Source of the DNA: Candidatus Spyradenecus sp.
GTDB lineage: Bacteria > Verrucomicrobiota > Verrucomicrobiia > Opitutales > UBA953
Direction: 5' to 3'
DNA: 64,000 bases
NCBI GenBank assembly: GCA_045535075.1
Contig: JAZSKX010000014.1
Span: forward strand, 64,001 to 128,000
Shown here: in pieces, positions 1-9,746 of the stretch
Layout of the letters: each line of letters opens with the position of its first letter
How positions within the stretch are numbered: position 1 is the stretch's first letter
Notes under the pieces: model-generated
Seen by the model: only the letters and a program-made list of their open reading frames with translations
Told to the model about the DNA's origin: nothing
Database searches by the model: none
Position numbers and translations under genes: made by a program

Positions 1-465
1 CGGAACGCCTTGCGCGACGCATTGGTCAATGATGGCGTTGGAAACTTCGGCGAGGCGATAAACGTTGGCTTCGCGGGCACGGAAGTCGCCGCCTTTAACC
101 GTATCGTAGAAAAGGCGATAAACGGAGTCGCCGTCGTTTTGGTAATTTTTTGCGGCGTTGATCCCGCCTTGAGCGGCGATGGAGTGAGCGCGGCGCGGGC
201 TGTCCTGATAGCAGAAGCAGCTGACGTTGAAGCCCATTTCGCCGAGCGAAGCGGCGCAGGCGCCTCCGGCGAGACCGGAACCGACGACGATTACGTGATA
301 TTTACGACGGTTTGCCGGGTTGACGAGTTTGAGGTCAAACTTGCGCTTGCTCCATTTTCCGGCAATCGGACCTTCCGGAATTTTGGAAATTTCCGAAACA
401 AACTTCTGATTGTCCGTGCAAGCCTGCCAAGTTTTCGAGAAAGAAACTTCAGGGGTGTTACTCAT
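1..465 (-). CDS. sdhA: Succinate dehydrogenase/fumarate reductase flavoprotein subunit, 5' part (runs off window start)
   Basis: My translation from ATG at 465: MSNTPEV...[14 protein letters not shown]...[26 protein letters not shown]. It has the FAD-binding GxGxxG and the covalent-FAD His motif, and lies directly downstream of sdhC. Confidence 0.95.
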   Translation of the reverse strand, partial: MSNTPEVSFSKTWQACTDNQKFVSEISKIPEGPIAGKWSKRKFDLKLVNPANRRKYHVIVVGSGLAGGACAASLGEMGFNVSCFCYQDSPRRAHSIAAQGGINAAKNYQNDGDSVYRLFYDTVKGGDFRAREANVYRLAEVSNAIIDQCVAQGVP

Positions 466-491
466 GGTATAAATTCTCCTTTAGTGTTAGA

Positions 492-1355
492 TTATTTTAC
501 GTCGGCAGCGGGAGCGTCGCAGCTGTTGCAGCAGGAAACCGGGCAACAAACTTTTTCAACCGGAGCCGTTGTGTTCGGATTCGGTTTGATAACGCCTGTC
601 AGCACGCCGACGGGAACGGCGATGAGTCCGAAGCAAACGAAGAGCGCGTAGAGCACGGCGATACCGCGGAAGATCGGGCGCATTTTTTCGTTGCGGAGAC
701 CGACCGATTGGAACATCGAATGTGCGCCGTGCGAAAGGTGCGAGAGCAAAAGAAGCATCGCGACGATGTAGCCGAGCGAAATCCACGGATTGGCGAATGC
801 GTTGTAAACCATTTGGTAGACGTCAAACACCTTGTAGGAAACAGCCGCCGTGTCGTTCCCGTGTTGTCCGAGATAGCCGAAGATGCCTTCGCCGCCGACA
901 GCCGTAATCGTCGTCGCGTTTTCATAAGCCGCGAGGCAACCCGCTTCTTTGAAAATCGTGAATTGGCAGAGGTGCCAAATGATGAACGCGATGATGGCAA
1001 TTCCCGTGAGAATCATGGCGCGTGCCGACCAAGCCGCGTAGCGGGTCGATTTAACCGCATAGCTTTCGGTTCCGCGAGCCGCGAGGTTTTCAAGCTTGAG
1101 CTTGATTGCCAAAGCGAAGTGGACCACGATGCAGGTGAGAATCACTACGCGGAATCCCCAAAGCGCTACCGGCGGCAACGCATGAAGAAGGTGCGCATAG
1201 GTATTGATTTTTTCCGGAGCCTGGAACATCTGCAAGTTACCAACGACGTGGACAAGCAGGAACAGGACGAGGACGAGACCCGTCACAGCCATCAGGTATT
1301 TTTTTACCAGAGAAGGCATGCGGCAGGAGCAGGAACAACAGCACTTTTTGCTCAT
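492..1355 (-). CDS. sdhC: Succinate dehydrogenase cytochrome b subunit (b558 type)
   Basis: KKYLMAVTG...FLLVHVVGNL, several TM helices with conserved His (VHF, WHL, SHLSHG); adjacent to sdhA. Confidence 0.92.
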   Translation of the reverse strand: MSKKCCCSCSCRMPSLVKKYLMAVTGLVLVLFLLVHVVGNLQMFQAPEKINTYAHLLHALPPVALWGFRVVILTCIVVHFALAIKLKLENLAARGTESYAVKSTRYAAWSARAMILTGIAIIAFIIWHLCQFTIFKEAGCLAAYENATTITAVGGEGIFGYLGQHGNDTAAVSYKVFDVYQMVYNAFANPWISLGYIVAMLLLLSHLSHGAHSMFQSVGLRNEKMRPIFRGIAVLYALFVCFGLIAVPVGVLTGVIKPNPNTTAPVEKVCCPVSCCNSCDAPAADVK

Positions 1356-1528
1356 AGTTTTTGTGGGTGGTTTATTTTTGGTTAGAAAAGTGTATTACTC
1401 GGCGGGAACGCGCCGAACTTCACTCAACAATGATTTTCCCGGCGGATTTTTTCAAGAGTAAAACAGGTTCGCGTCGGGTGTTTTCCCGTCTTGTTTTTAC
1501 TATTTTTAAGGTTGTTCGGGAGCGCTTT

Positions 1529-2506
1529 TCAGAGCCCGGCGAGCACCGATTCGACGGCGCGGCATTCTTCGGGCGAGAAACCCGGGGAATTTAGCGCCTC
1601 GAGGTTTTCCGTCAGTTGCTCAGGAGAGCTGGCGCCGAGCAGTACGCTTGTTACGCGGGGATTGTGAAGAAGCCGGGTGATTGCCATTTGCGCGAGCGTT
1701 TCGCCGCGGGAACGGGCGATTCGGTTCAGTTGGCGAGCGGCGGATATTTTCTCTTCGGTAACCTGTTCCCGCTTGAGAAAACCGCTTGCTTTGCCGGCGC
1801 GGGAATTTTCGGGAATGCCGTTCAGGTATTTATCCGTGAGTAAGCCTTGTGCAAGCGGCGAAAAGGCAATGAAGCCGGCTCCGTTTTTGTACGCCGTTTC
1901 AAGGCGATCGTTTTCGACGCCGCGTTCGAAAAGACTGTAGCGATCCTGAAAGACAAGACAGGGAGTTTTATTTTCGTTCAGTATTTTACATGCCGCTTCC
2001 GCGATTTCGCTCGGAAACTTAGAGAGACCGACGTACAGCGCTTTTCCCGCACGGACCAAATCCGACAGCGCATTGGCGGTTTCTTCAATCGGCGTAAGCG
2101 CATCGTAGCGATGTGCGTAAAAAATGTCGAAATAGTCCAAGCCGGTGCGTTTTAAACTTTGGTCGCAACTTGCGATGAGGCTTTTGCGGGAGGTGCCGTC
2201 GCCGTACGGGCCGTTCCACATGCGGTGTCCGGCTTTCGAAGAAACAATGATTTCGTCCCGATGCCCGGCAAGCGACCCGCGGAGCATTTTCCCGAAATTT
2301 TCTTCCGCTGCTCCGGGAGGCGGGCCGTAGTTATTTGCAAGGTCAAAATGTGTGATTCCGCGTTCGAACGCCGTGAGAAGAATTTTTTCGGAGACGGAGA
2401 AATTGTCGCAGTGCCCGAAATTGTGCCAAAGCCCGAGAGAAATTCTGGGAAGAAAAAGCCCGCTGTTCCCGCAACGAACATAGAGTGTTTCCGGAGTTGC
2501 TTTCAT
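1529..2506 (-). CDS. Aldo/keto reductase (YghZ/Gpr-like)
   Basis: LPRISLGLWHNFG, THFDLANNYGPPPG, SSKAG, DIFYAHR motifs. Start placed at ATG 2506 (MKATPET). Confidence 0.9.
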   Translation of the reverse strand: MKATPETLYVRCGNSGLFLPRISLGLWHNFGHCDNFSVSEKILLTAFERGITHFDLANNYGPPPGAAEENFGKMLRGSLAGHRDEIIVSSKAGHRMWNGPYGDGTSRKSLIASCDQSLKRTGLDYFDIFYAHRYDALTPIEETANALSDLVRAGKALYVGLSKFPSEIAEAACKILNENKTPCLVFQDRYSLFERGVENDRLETAYKNGAGFIAFSPLAQGLLTDKYLNGIPENSRAGKASGFLKREQVTEEKISAARQLNRIARSRGETLAQMAITRLLHNPRVTSVLLGASSPEQLTENLEALNSPGFSPEECRAVESVLAGL

Positions 2507-2592
2507 AATCGGATTTTCAGTCGTTGCGGGAATTATCGCAAGCGGCATTTTCGATTTGCGCGGGAACGGGAGCGCGGATTTTATTAAACTAT

Positions 2593-3528
2593 ATGAAAAA
2601 ATCATTGGAAAACATGCCGGGAATGGCACATCAACTGACGTGGGAAAAAATCGATCCCGCGTATGTCGAAAAAGTTATTTGCCTCGCACGCGACGAAGAT
2701 ATCGCGGGAGAAGGTCTGATTGCCGCGATGCGACCGGCGCGCGCCGGCGATCCGACGACCGAAGTTTCCGCACCGCGCGGGAAAATGGCTGCTGCCTATT
2801 TGGTGGCGCGCAAGCCTTGCACGCTTTCCGGGTTGAGCATGATTCCTGCGATTTTGAAAATCTACGGCGGGAACGCGACGGCGGAATTTCACGCTAAAGA
2901 CGGTGATTCCGTTCCCGCGGGAACGGTTGTAGCGACCATTCGCGGCGATGCCTCCGAAATGCTTATGGCGGAACGCATCATGTTGAATTTCCTACAGCGA
3001 ATGAGCGGAATCGCTACGCAAACCGCGCGTTACGTCGCCGCGCTCGGAAACACGAAGACGCGCTTGCTTGACACTCGAAAAACCACGCCTTGTCACCGCG
3101 TTCTCGACAAATACGCCGTTGCCTGCGGCGGTGCTTGGAATCACCGATTGGGATTGTTCGATCAATTGATGCTAAAAGATAATCATTTGGCGGCGGACGA
3201 TGCGACGGCGGGGGCGGCGCTCGCGAATTTAGTGAGCCGCGCACGTGCCGAGCGTCCGGATTTGCCCTGTGAAGTCGAAGTAGATCGCATTGAGCAAATT
3301 CCGCCGGTTTTGGAAGCAGGAGCGGACATTATTCTCTTGGATAATTTCTCTGTCGAAAATCTTCGCAAAGCCGTTGAACTTATCGGCGATGCCGCGTGGA
3401 CGGAAATCAGCGGCGGGGTTTCGCTCGAAAGCCTTCCCGTGCTCGGAACCGTCGGCGCAGACTTTGTTTCCTGCGGCGCGCTTACGCACAATGTTCCGTG
3501 GATTGATATCGGTTTGGACTGGAAATAA
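2593..3528 (+). CDS. nadC: Nicotinate-nucleotide pyrophosphorylase (quinolinate phosphoribosyltransferase)
   Basis: ERIMLNFLQRMSGIAT, DTRKTTP, NHRLGL, LKDNH, EVEV, LLDNF motifs. Start could be 2593, 2614 or 2623. Confidence 0.95.
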   Translation: MKKSLENMPGMAHQLTWEKIDPAYVEKVICLARDEDIAGEGLIAAMRPARAGDPTTEVSAPRGKMAAAYLVARKPCTLSGLSMIPAILKIYGGNATAEFHAKDGDSVPAGTVVATIRGDASEMLMAERIMLNFLQRMSGIATQTARYVAALGNTKTRLLDTRKTTPCHRVLDKYAVACGGAWNHRLGLFDQLMLKDNHLAADDATAGAALANLVSRARAERPDLPCEVEVDRIEQIPPVLEAGADIILLDNFSVENLRKAVELIGDAAWTEISGGVSLESLPVLGTVGADFVSCGALTHNVPWIDIGLDWK

Positions 3529-3546
3529 TTTTGCGTTCCCGTAATT

Positions 3547-3583
3547 GAAAAAAACGACGAGCCCGAAAGTTCGTCGTTTTTTT
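3547..3583. terminator. Bidirectional intrinsic terminator
   Basis: A-tract, ACGACGAG...TTCGTCGT stem, T-tract, between convergent genes. Confidence 0.75.
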
Positions 3584-3597
3584 GTATAAACAGTTTC

Positions 3598-6513
3598 TTA
3601 GTGCTCCGTTTCGGAGGGTTCCTTGACGTAGTTGTCGGAGCGTCCGCGAGCGGTTCCCCAAAGCTCAAAAAGTTTCCACGCGGATATTTTAGGTTGGGCG
3701 TGTTGATCGTCGCGTAATTCTGCCCCGACGGAAAAACAGAAGTTCAGTTGCTTATAAATACGGGCGTAGGCTTTGCCCATGCGCACGTAGCCGTCGTAAA
3801 GCGCGGAGGAGGTTGCGCCGGCGCCTTTGACGCTTGTGATGCGGATGTTTTCTCCGTTGGAAAGTGCTTCATCGCTTGCGGCTCGAATGTCGAGGCAAAC
3901 GTAATGAACGTCTCCGCAAGCATCCGCGATTGCATCAATCGCCTTAGAGAGCGTTCCCGCGCGCAGTTCCGGCCGTGCGATAAAACGTGCGCCGCGAATG
4001 CGGGATCCGGTCGGAGCCAAGGGATAATACTTTCCGGGTTTGAGCACCATATCCGCTTTTCGGAAGTTTTGTTTCGAAAAAAGTTTTCCGTTACAAACAC
4101 CGTGATCATCAGCCCAAATGAGATCTTCGAGCTTGCGTTCTCCGTCGCCTTTCACGCAGACGAAGTCCTTCTGGACGACGGATTGGATTCTGCCTTCCTT
4201 GCGTCCGGGGCGGCGCGACCAAATCACTTCATATTCGTTCCCGCCGACAAATTCCTGTGCTACGGCATCGTCCACGTTTGCGTCCAGCCATGCGCGCAGA
4301 TGTGCTGCGGACTGCGCGATGTAAACGCCGATCCCGCCGTCTCCGATTTCGGGTTTGATGACGCACGGGAACGCGATTTTCTCATTCTTGAGAATTTTAA
4401 GCGCATTTTCCCAGCGCATATTTAAATCTTTTTCTGCGGGAATGCGGACGGTTTTTACGCCGACGGAGTTATTGCCGATGAATTTTTTGTAAATGTCGAA
4501 TTTGGAGCCTGCGGGAACGCCGCCGTCCGGACCGAACGCACGATTGGCGAGCGTGAAAATCGTAAATGAACGGTAAATGATTCCGAGCCAAATAAATTGG
4601 AAAAGAACCGGCGTGTTCAGGATGAAATTCGGCCAAAATTCGTGGCGCGTGATTTGTCGTCGCGTCATGACGTGGCGCCGCCTGCCGCGCCATGTAAACG
4701 CGGGAATAATGTAATGGCTGATTAAATACAGCGCGAGAATGGCGCCGATGACAATCCATGCGGCATTGTGGTGCCATTCCTTAAACTGCTCAATGACACC
4801 GGCTCCGACGTATTCCGCGAGGAGAATCAGTGGCGGCGTCCAAAGCGCTGCGGCTATGAAGAAAAGGAAAATGAGTTTGTGCCAGTCGAGCTTCATAATC
4901 CCGGCAGCGACAAACGTCGGCACACGCGAGCCGGGAATAAAGCGAGAGGAGACAATGAGCGCGAGGCCTTTCGGATTTTTGGAAAAACGTTCGGACATTT
5001 CGTCGATTTGCTGCTCCGAAACAAGCCATTTCAGAGGCGGCTTTCTTAAAATGGGGCGACCGAGGAAACGACCGATAAGGTAAAGCGCCAAATCGCCGAT
5101 GAAAATTCCGATGAGGCAGGCAAGCGACGCGGGAACGAAGCCGATTAAGCCTTGGGCTACTAACAAGCCGGCAGCAAGGCAGGTCGGGTCTTCCGCGACA
5201 AAGGTGCAAACAAGAATGATGAGCATGAGAACGACGACGCGTGCGCCGCCGGCAGGCTCAATCGGCGGATAGTTGTCGTTGCCGTTGTTCGCGGGAACGC
5301 TTTGTTCCGGGCGTGAAAGTGATTTGACTTCGGCGGGCGAAGCTAACCGGATGAGGAAGCTCGCGTAGCTGTCGGCAAGCGCTTGCGGGTTCTCTAAAAG
5401 CGCGTAGTGCCCGCCGTCGCAAAAGTAGGTTTGAGCTTGCGGTGCGAGTGCGGCGGAATACTCCGCAGAGGCAAACGATGAAAGCAAATCGTCCTTCCCG
5501 TGGGCGATGTAGGTCGGTCCGTTCCATTCATGAATGTATTTTTTCAATTCGCTGATGTCGGAATCCCAAAGTACACGGGCATAGGCTTTATTGACGTTCC
5601 CGCGATCCATCAGCCCAAAATGCGGCAATACGTCTTGTGCGATTTTAAAAAATCCCAAATGGAACGTATAAACGATTTTGTTGACGATGTGGTTGCCGAG
5701 TAATTCGAATTCCTGGGCTCCGACGGACGAAACGAGCGCGAGCGATTTTACGCGAGCCGGTTGCTGGTGAGCCATGTAAACGGCAACGCCGCCGCCTTCG
5801 CCGAAGCCGAGTACATTAACCGAGGAAACCCCGAGCTTGTCGAGGAGTGAGTAGAGCATTCCCGCGTAAGCTTCGATCGAATAATCGTCAAGCTCGCGTT
5901 GGCTCGAACCTGCTCCCGGGAGATCCGGAACGATGACGCGCTCAACGCCTTTTTTCGTAAGCTCCCGCGCAACGGCATCCAGTTGTGTTCCGTCGGCGCC
6001 GACTCCGTGAATCAGCAAAACCGGCGCTTGTTTTTCCGTCGTGAATTTTTCCCACGTTTCTTCGATGAACTTGCGGGATTTTTCCAGAAATTCATCGGTT
6101 TTTCCGCGAATTGAGGTATTTTCGTTCGCGGGAACCTTAGGCGTTTCCGGAGCGGGAACACGAAAAAATTCTTTGTATGCGATACGCACGTTCCCGCCGG
6201 TTTCAACAAGCTTCGAAACATAAACACCGCTCACGCGTGCTTTGCGCGGTTTACCTTTGATCGCCTCGGCTAATTTTTCCCTATTTTGCGGAGAAATCTC
6301 CTTTTTCGCCGCATCCGGCGTTTCAAAAACAGTTTCGACGCTGAGCTCTTTAACGTCCGCAAATTGTTGTCCTTCCCGTAGCGACGGCGTCATCGGGAAA
6401 AAGTGTCGAACACCGTAAGATGCGGCAATTAACGCGATTATCGTAAAAATAACCCGCCAGCGGACGGGAAGGCGTTGCCACAAATTTTTCTCGGAAGTTG
6501 TTTTCGGGGGCAT
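3598..6513 (-). CDS. Alpha/beta-hydrolase + DedA/VTT membrane domain + ATP-grasp-like fusion protein
   Basis: LLIHG...PDLPGAGSS (hydrolase); EDPTCL...IFIGDLALY...SRFIPGSR (DedA); FPCVIKPEIGDGGIGV...QEFV (ATP-grasp). Confidence 0.8.
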   Translation of the reverse strand: MPPKTTSEKNLWQRLPVRWRVIFTIIALIAASYGVRHFFPMTPSLREGQQFADVKELSVETVFETPDAAKKEISPQNREKLAEAIKGKPRKARVSGVYVSKLVETGGNVRIAYKEFFRVPAPETPKVPANENTSIRGKTDEFLEKSRKFIEETWEKFTTEKQAPVLLIHGVGADGTQLDAVARELTKKGVERVIVPDLPGAGSSQRELDDYSIEAYAGMLYSLLDKLGVSSVNVLGFGEGGGVAVYMAHQQPARVKSLALVSSVGAQEFELLGNHIVNKIVYTFHLGFFKIAQDVLPHFGLMDRGNVNKAYARVLWDSDISELKKYIHEWNGPTYIAHGKDDLLSSFASAEYSAALAPQAQTYFCDGGHYALLENPQALADSYASFLIRLASPAEVKSLSRPEQSVPANNGNDNYPPIEPAGGARVVVLMLIILVCTFVAEDPTCLAAGLLVAQGLIGFVPASLACLIGIFIGDLALYLIGRFLGRPILRKPPLKWLVSEQQIDEMSERFSKNPKGLALIVSSRFIPGSRVPTFVAAGIMKLDWHKLIFLFFIAAALWTPPLILLAEYVGAGVIEQFKEWHHNAAWIVIGAILALYLISHYIIPAFTWRGRRRHVMTRRQITRHEFWPNFILNTPVLFQFIWLGIIYRSFTIFTLANRAFGPDGGVPAGSKFDIYKKFIGNNSVGVKTVRIPAEKDLNMRWENALKILKNEKIAFPCVIKPEIGDGGIGVYIAQSAAHLRAWLDANVDDAVAQEFVGGNEYEVIWSRRPGRKEGRIQSVVQKDFVCVKGDGERKLEDLIWADDHGVCNGKLFSKQNFRKADMVLKPGKYYPLAPTGSRIRGARFIARPELRAGTLSKAIDAIADACGDVHYVCLDIRAASDEALSNGENIRITSVKGAGATSSALYDGYVRMGKAYARIYKQLNFCFSVGAELRDDQHAQPKISAWKLFELWGTARGRSDNYVKEPSETEH

Positions 6514-6645
6514 CGTTTTCAAAATTTCCTCCAAGAATAACGCGTTTTTCGATTTGCGGGAACGTTTTTTTTGTGAGTTGTTGAATGTTTATTGATTTTG
6601 TCGGAAAAAAACTATATGAGTTAAGCCAAGTATAAAAGTGGATCT

Positions 6646-7134
6646 ATGACTATCTCGACAAAAGGACGTTACGCATTGCGCTTCATGATTGATCTTGCCA
6701 GTCACGGGGACGATGCCTGTGTTAATCTCAAGGAAATTGCGGTGCGCCAGGAAATCTCCGTTAAGTATTTGGAGCAAATCGTCATTCGCCTTTGTCAGGC
6801 GGATTTGTTGGTGAGTGTTCGCGGCGCACACGGAGGTTATTGCCTTACGCGTCCCGCAAAGGAATACACGGTCGCTGATATTCTTATTGCAACGGAATCT
6901 TCGCTTTGTCCGGTTACTTGCTTGGAAGGAGATGAAAACAACTGTCCGCACCGCGAGCGGTGTACGACGCTTAAGTTTTGGGAGAAACTGGATACGATTG
7001 TTTGGAATTATTTCAGACGGACGACACTTGCTCAACTTGCCAAAGGCGGTCCGAACAGAGGCTGCCGAAAGGCCCCGGCGAAGAAAAAGAATTCGGGAGT
7101 TGCGAAATCCCAAGCGGAAGAAAACAAAGCTTAG
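6646..7134 (+). CDS. Rrf2-family transcriptional regulator (IscR/CymR-like, three Cys retained)
   Basis: STKGRYALR...YLEQI...SVRGAHGGY, and C-x7-C-x5-C near the C-terminus. Confidence 0.92.
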   Translation: MTISTKGRYALRFMIDLASHGDDACVNLKEIAVRQEISVKYLEQIVIRLCQADLLVSVRGAHGGYCLTRPAKEYTVADILIATESSLCPVTCLEGDENNCPHRERCTTLKFWEKLDTIVWNYFRRTTLAQLAKGGPNRGCRKAPAKKKNSGVAKSQAEENKA

Positions 7135-7145
7135 TTGTTCTGACG

Positions 7146-7183
7146 CGAAAAAGGCGTTCCTGGTTGCGGGAACGCCTTTTTCG
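7146..7183. terminator. Bidirectional terminator built from an inverted GCGGGAAC-motif pair
   Basis: CGAAAAAGGCGTTCCTG-GTTG-CGGGAACGCCTTTTTCG between convergent genes. Confidence 0.85.
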
Positions 7184-7202
7184 TAATTGCACCTTAAAAT
7201 TT

Positions 7203-8468
7203 TCAGTCTCCCGGGATTGCGTTTTCGGAGAGCAGGGCTCGGATTTCGGCATGAAGTTGTTCCGCTTCGCGCCGGGCTGTTTCTGCTTTCTTCCATTGCT
7301 CGCGGAGCGCGGTGATTTCAATCTTGGCACGGGTTCCGCGTTCCGGAGCCCAGACGGAACTGCCTTCCTGCAATTCTCCGGACGTGTCGTCGCGCAAAAC
7401 AATCATTTCAAAAAAAATACCGAGTTCGATGAAGGCGTTGTGCCAGACGGGATTGGTTTGCGAGAGCATTTCGTTGAGTTCCCGCAGTCGGATGTAGGCG
7501 AGTTTTTTGATGCCGAGCAGTTGGCGATGTTCAATCAGTTGTTCGGCGTCTAAAATTTTTTCCGCTGATTCGATTTGAACATGAAAACGCCGCATGCGCT
7601 CGAAGCGCTCTTTTGAATCGGAAAGCGATTCCGTTCCCGCCGGCGTCTTGTCGATTATCGCAAAAAAGGCAGTTGCCCAAGCCAAATCTTCGGCGCCTTC
7701 CGCCGCGTCTTTTTCTGCGGGAAACGCCAGTTCGGGATTTTTCAAAATTCCGCGTAAAAAGCTCGGAAAATTTTGCCAGGACGCTAATTCGCGCCTGCGG
7801 AGAGAACGGTAAAACCAAAATGCGCTTGTGCGGAATTGTACGTCGGGAAGGGAATCCGGTCTTGCGTTGCAACGCGGCTCTAAAAGAGGCTTCAGCGGTA
7901 GCGGAACGGCTTTTTCCGAGCGTTCCCGCAGAAGTAAAAGGCGCCCGCTATTGTGCGTGATTGCAGTTTCCGTCGCAATTGCCGAAACCGCCCAAAGCGG
8001 GGGAAGCAAATCCTTAAATTTTAAGTCGAATTCGCTCCCGTATTGAAGAAGTACCGTTTGCGACAGCCCAAATGCAACGGCGTAATCACTGAGCCGGGTT
8101 GTATCCGAAAAATAAGTACAAGTGGCGTTGTGTCGAAAGTCGTAAGACGTTTCAAAGAGAAGTTTTGATTTGGGATCGGGAGCGACCCAAACGGAAAGTT
8201 TGGCTCCGTCTGCGACCAAATTCCAGCCGAGAACGGTCGAAAGATGCCCTTCGAGTTTTTTGGCGATTGCGGCAACGCGGCGCATCTGAGCAACGTCCTC
8301 GGAGAGAATCGTGAAGACGCGTGTGCGGGTTTCATAAATCGTCGGAAGCGATTCCAAGGCTTCCTTGACGAGCGCATCTTCGCTTTTTTCGGCGGGAACG
8401 GATTCTTGTGCCGGCAAAAGAATCGCCGCGAGCGCGAGCGTCGACAGGGCTGCGAGCGATTTTTTCAT
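7203..8468 (-). CDS. Hypothetical exported protein
   Basis: 421-aa ORF with N-terminal signal peptide (MKKSLAALSTLALAAILLPA); tightly spaced with the upstream gene. Confidence 0.75.
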   Translation of the reverse strand: MKKSLAALSTLALAAILLPAQESVPAEKSEDALVKEALESLPTIYETRTRVFTILSEDVAQMRRVAAIAKKLEGHLSTVLGWNLVADGAKLSVWVAPDPKSKLLFETSYDFRHNATCTYFSDTTRLSDYAVAFGLSQTVLLQYGSEFDLKFKDLLPPLWAVSAIATETAITHNSGRLLLLRERSEKAVPLPLKPLLEPRCNARPDSLPDVQFRTSAFWFYRSLRRRELASWQNFPSFLRGILKNPELAFPAEKDAAEGAEDLAWATAFFAIIDKTPAGTESLSDSKERFERMRRFHVQIESAEKILDAEQLIEHRQLLGIKKLAYIRLRELNEMLSQTNPVWHNAFIELGIFFEMIVLRDDTSGELQEGSSVWAPERGTRAKIEITALREQWKKAETARREAEQLHAEIRALLSENAIPGD

Positions 8469-8480
8469 TGTCGGAAGCGT

Positions 8481-9728
8481 TTATGCGTTCGGCGAAAACG
8501 CGAGAGTCGTTACTTTCCCCGCGCGCAGTTTGAACGGCGCTCCGAGCGCTTCGTTGGTGTCGTTGCGAAAGATTGTAATTTCCGCATCTTCTTTCATCGG
8601 ACCGAAATCAAACCGCCAAACATGCGAACCGGAATAATCCATGGGAACGGATTTTTTCTTTGAAAGTCCCGGGGCGTTCCCGCGCAGATAAGGGCGATCG
8701 CCGGTTCCGAATTCCGCTTTGAGAATCAGCGCCGTGTGCGGTAAATCTTCAATTAGCGGTAATTCGTCCGCCGCAATCGGACGCTGCTCGGAGACGATTT
8801 CTTCCGAGATTTTCGGCGCTTCCGGAAGATTTTCGGAAACGTTTTTTTCCGGAGTCGAAAAATATTCAATTACGAGCAGGCGTTTGGGCGACGCGGGATT
8901 TGCTTCCTTGGCGGGAACGTCGGAAATAAGCTTGGAAACGGCAGAAGCAACACTTTCCGCATTTGCCGCCTGTGCACGTTCAAACATGTTTTGCGGGAGC
9001 GGGAAATCCGCATCGGAGCTTTCTTCCTCGCCTTCGTTTTCGTCGATGAAAATTTCGTCGCCGAGCGTTTCCTCGTCGCTGAGGGCGTTCGCAAATTCGA
9101 GTTTTTCAAGAATTTCGTCTTGCGTGGCAGCGATGGCTTCGAGGCGTTCGTTGACTTCGTTTAAGTCGGCGCTTTCGTTCTTCGCGGGAGCCAAGCGCGT
9201 CTGAAGCGCATCGGTTTGCTCGTCAATGCGTTCGGCAAATTCTTTGGAAATTTCGTTGAGCTTTTCCTGGAGCTTTGCAATTTCCTCCGCGAGCTCATCC
9301 GTCGAATCGGCGGCGGGAGCGGTATTCTTGGCGGTTTCCTCCTGGCGGTTTGCCAAATACTTCAGCGCATTTTCAAGCGAAGCCAGTTGCTTGGAGAGGG
9401 CTTCGAAATCTTTGTGAACCTCGTTGTGGATGATTTCCTGATTTGCGAACGACTGCTTCATGCGCATGTCGAACGCTTCAAGAATGCGCGGCGCGGCATC
9501 GTTGACGGCCTGGCGTTTGGATTCCCGATACCATTGATATGCCGCCAAAATTTCTCCGACGAGAAGAACCGAACACAAAATCGCGAGAGTAACGATGTCG
9601 TGTTCCTGCTGAGAGGCATAAACGAGCACTGCGACAACGGCGATAACGAAAACGATAATGCCGAGCCAACGCGTTCCCGCGCCGGACGGACCGGTCGAAG
9701 TAGGAGTTTCCTGTGACGAGAATTCCAT
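8481..9728 (-). CDS. Membrane-anchored coiled-coil protein with C-terminal CBM20-like beta-sandwich
   Basis: Two N-terminal TM helices, acidic coiled coil, C-terminal ...GDRPYLRGNAPGLS...VPM...W. Confidence 0.7.
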   Translation of the reverse strand: MEFSSQETPTSTGPSGAGTRWLGIIVFVIAVVAVLVYASQQEHDIVTLAILCSVLLVGEILAAYQWYRESKRQAVNDAAPRILEAFDMRMKQSFANQEIIHNEVHKDFEALSKQLASLENALKYLANRQEETAKNTAPAADSTDELAEEIAKLQEKLNEISKEFAERIDEQTDALQTRLAPAKNESADLNEVNERLEAIAATQDEILEKLEFANALSDEETLGDEIFIDENEGEEESSDADFPLPQNMFERAQAANAESVASAVSKLISDVPAKEANPASPKRLLVIEYFSTPEKNVSENLPEAPKISEEIVSEQRPIAADELPLIEDLPHTALILKAEFGTGDRPYLRGNAPGLSKKKSVPMDYSGSHVWRFDFGPMKEDAEITIFRNDTNEALGAPFKLRAGKVTTLAFSPNA

Positions 9729-9746
9729 GGGGTTTTTCAATAGATC

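Noticed and set aside
10..651. Long antisense ORFs (e.g. 10..651, 12735..14018, 32135..33748, 33909..35273, 55316..56713)
   Set aside because: They are shadows of well-supported genes on the opposite strand and show no recognisable motifs.
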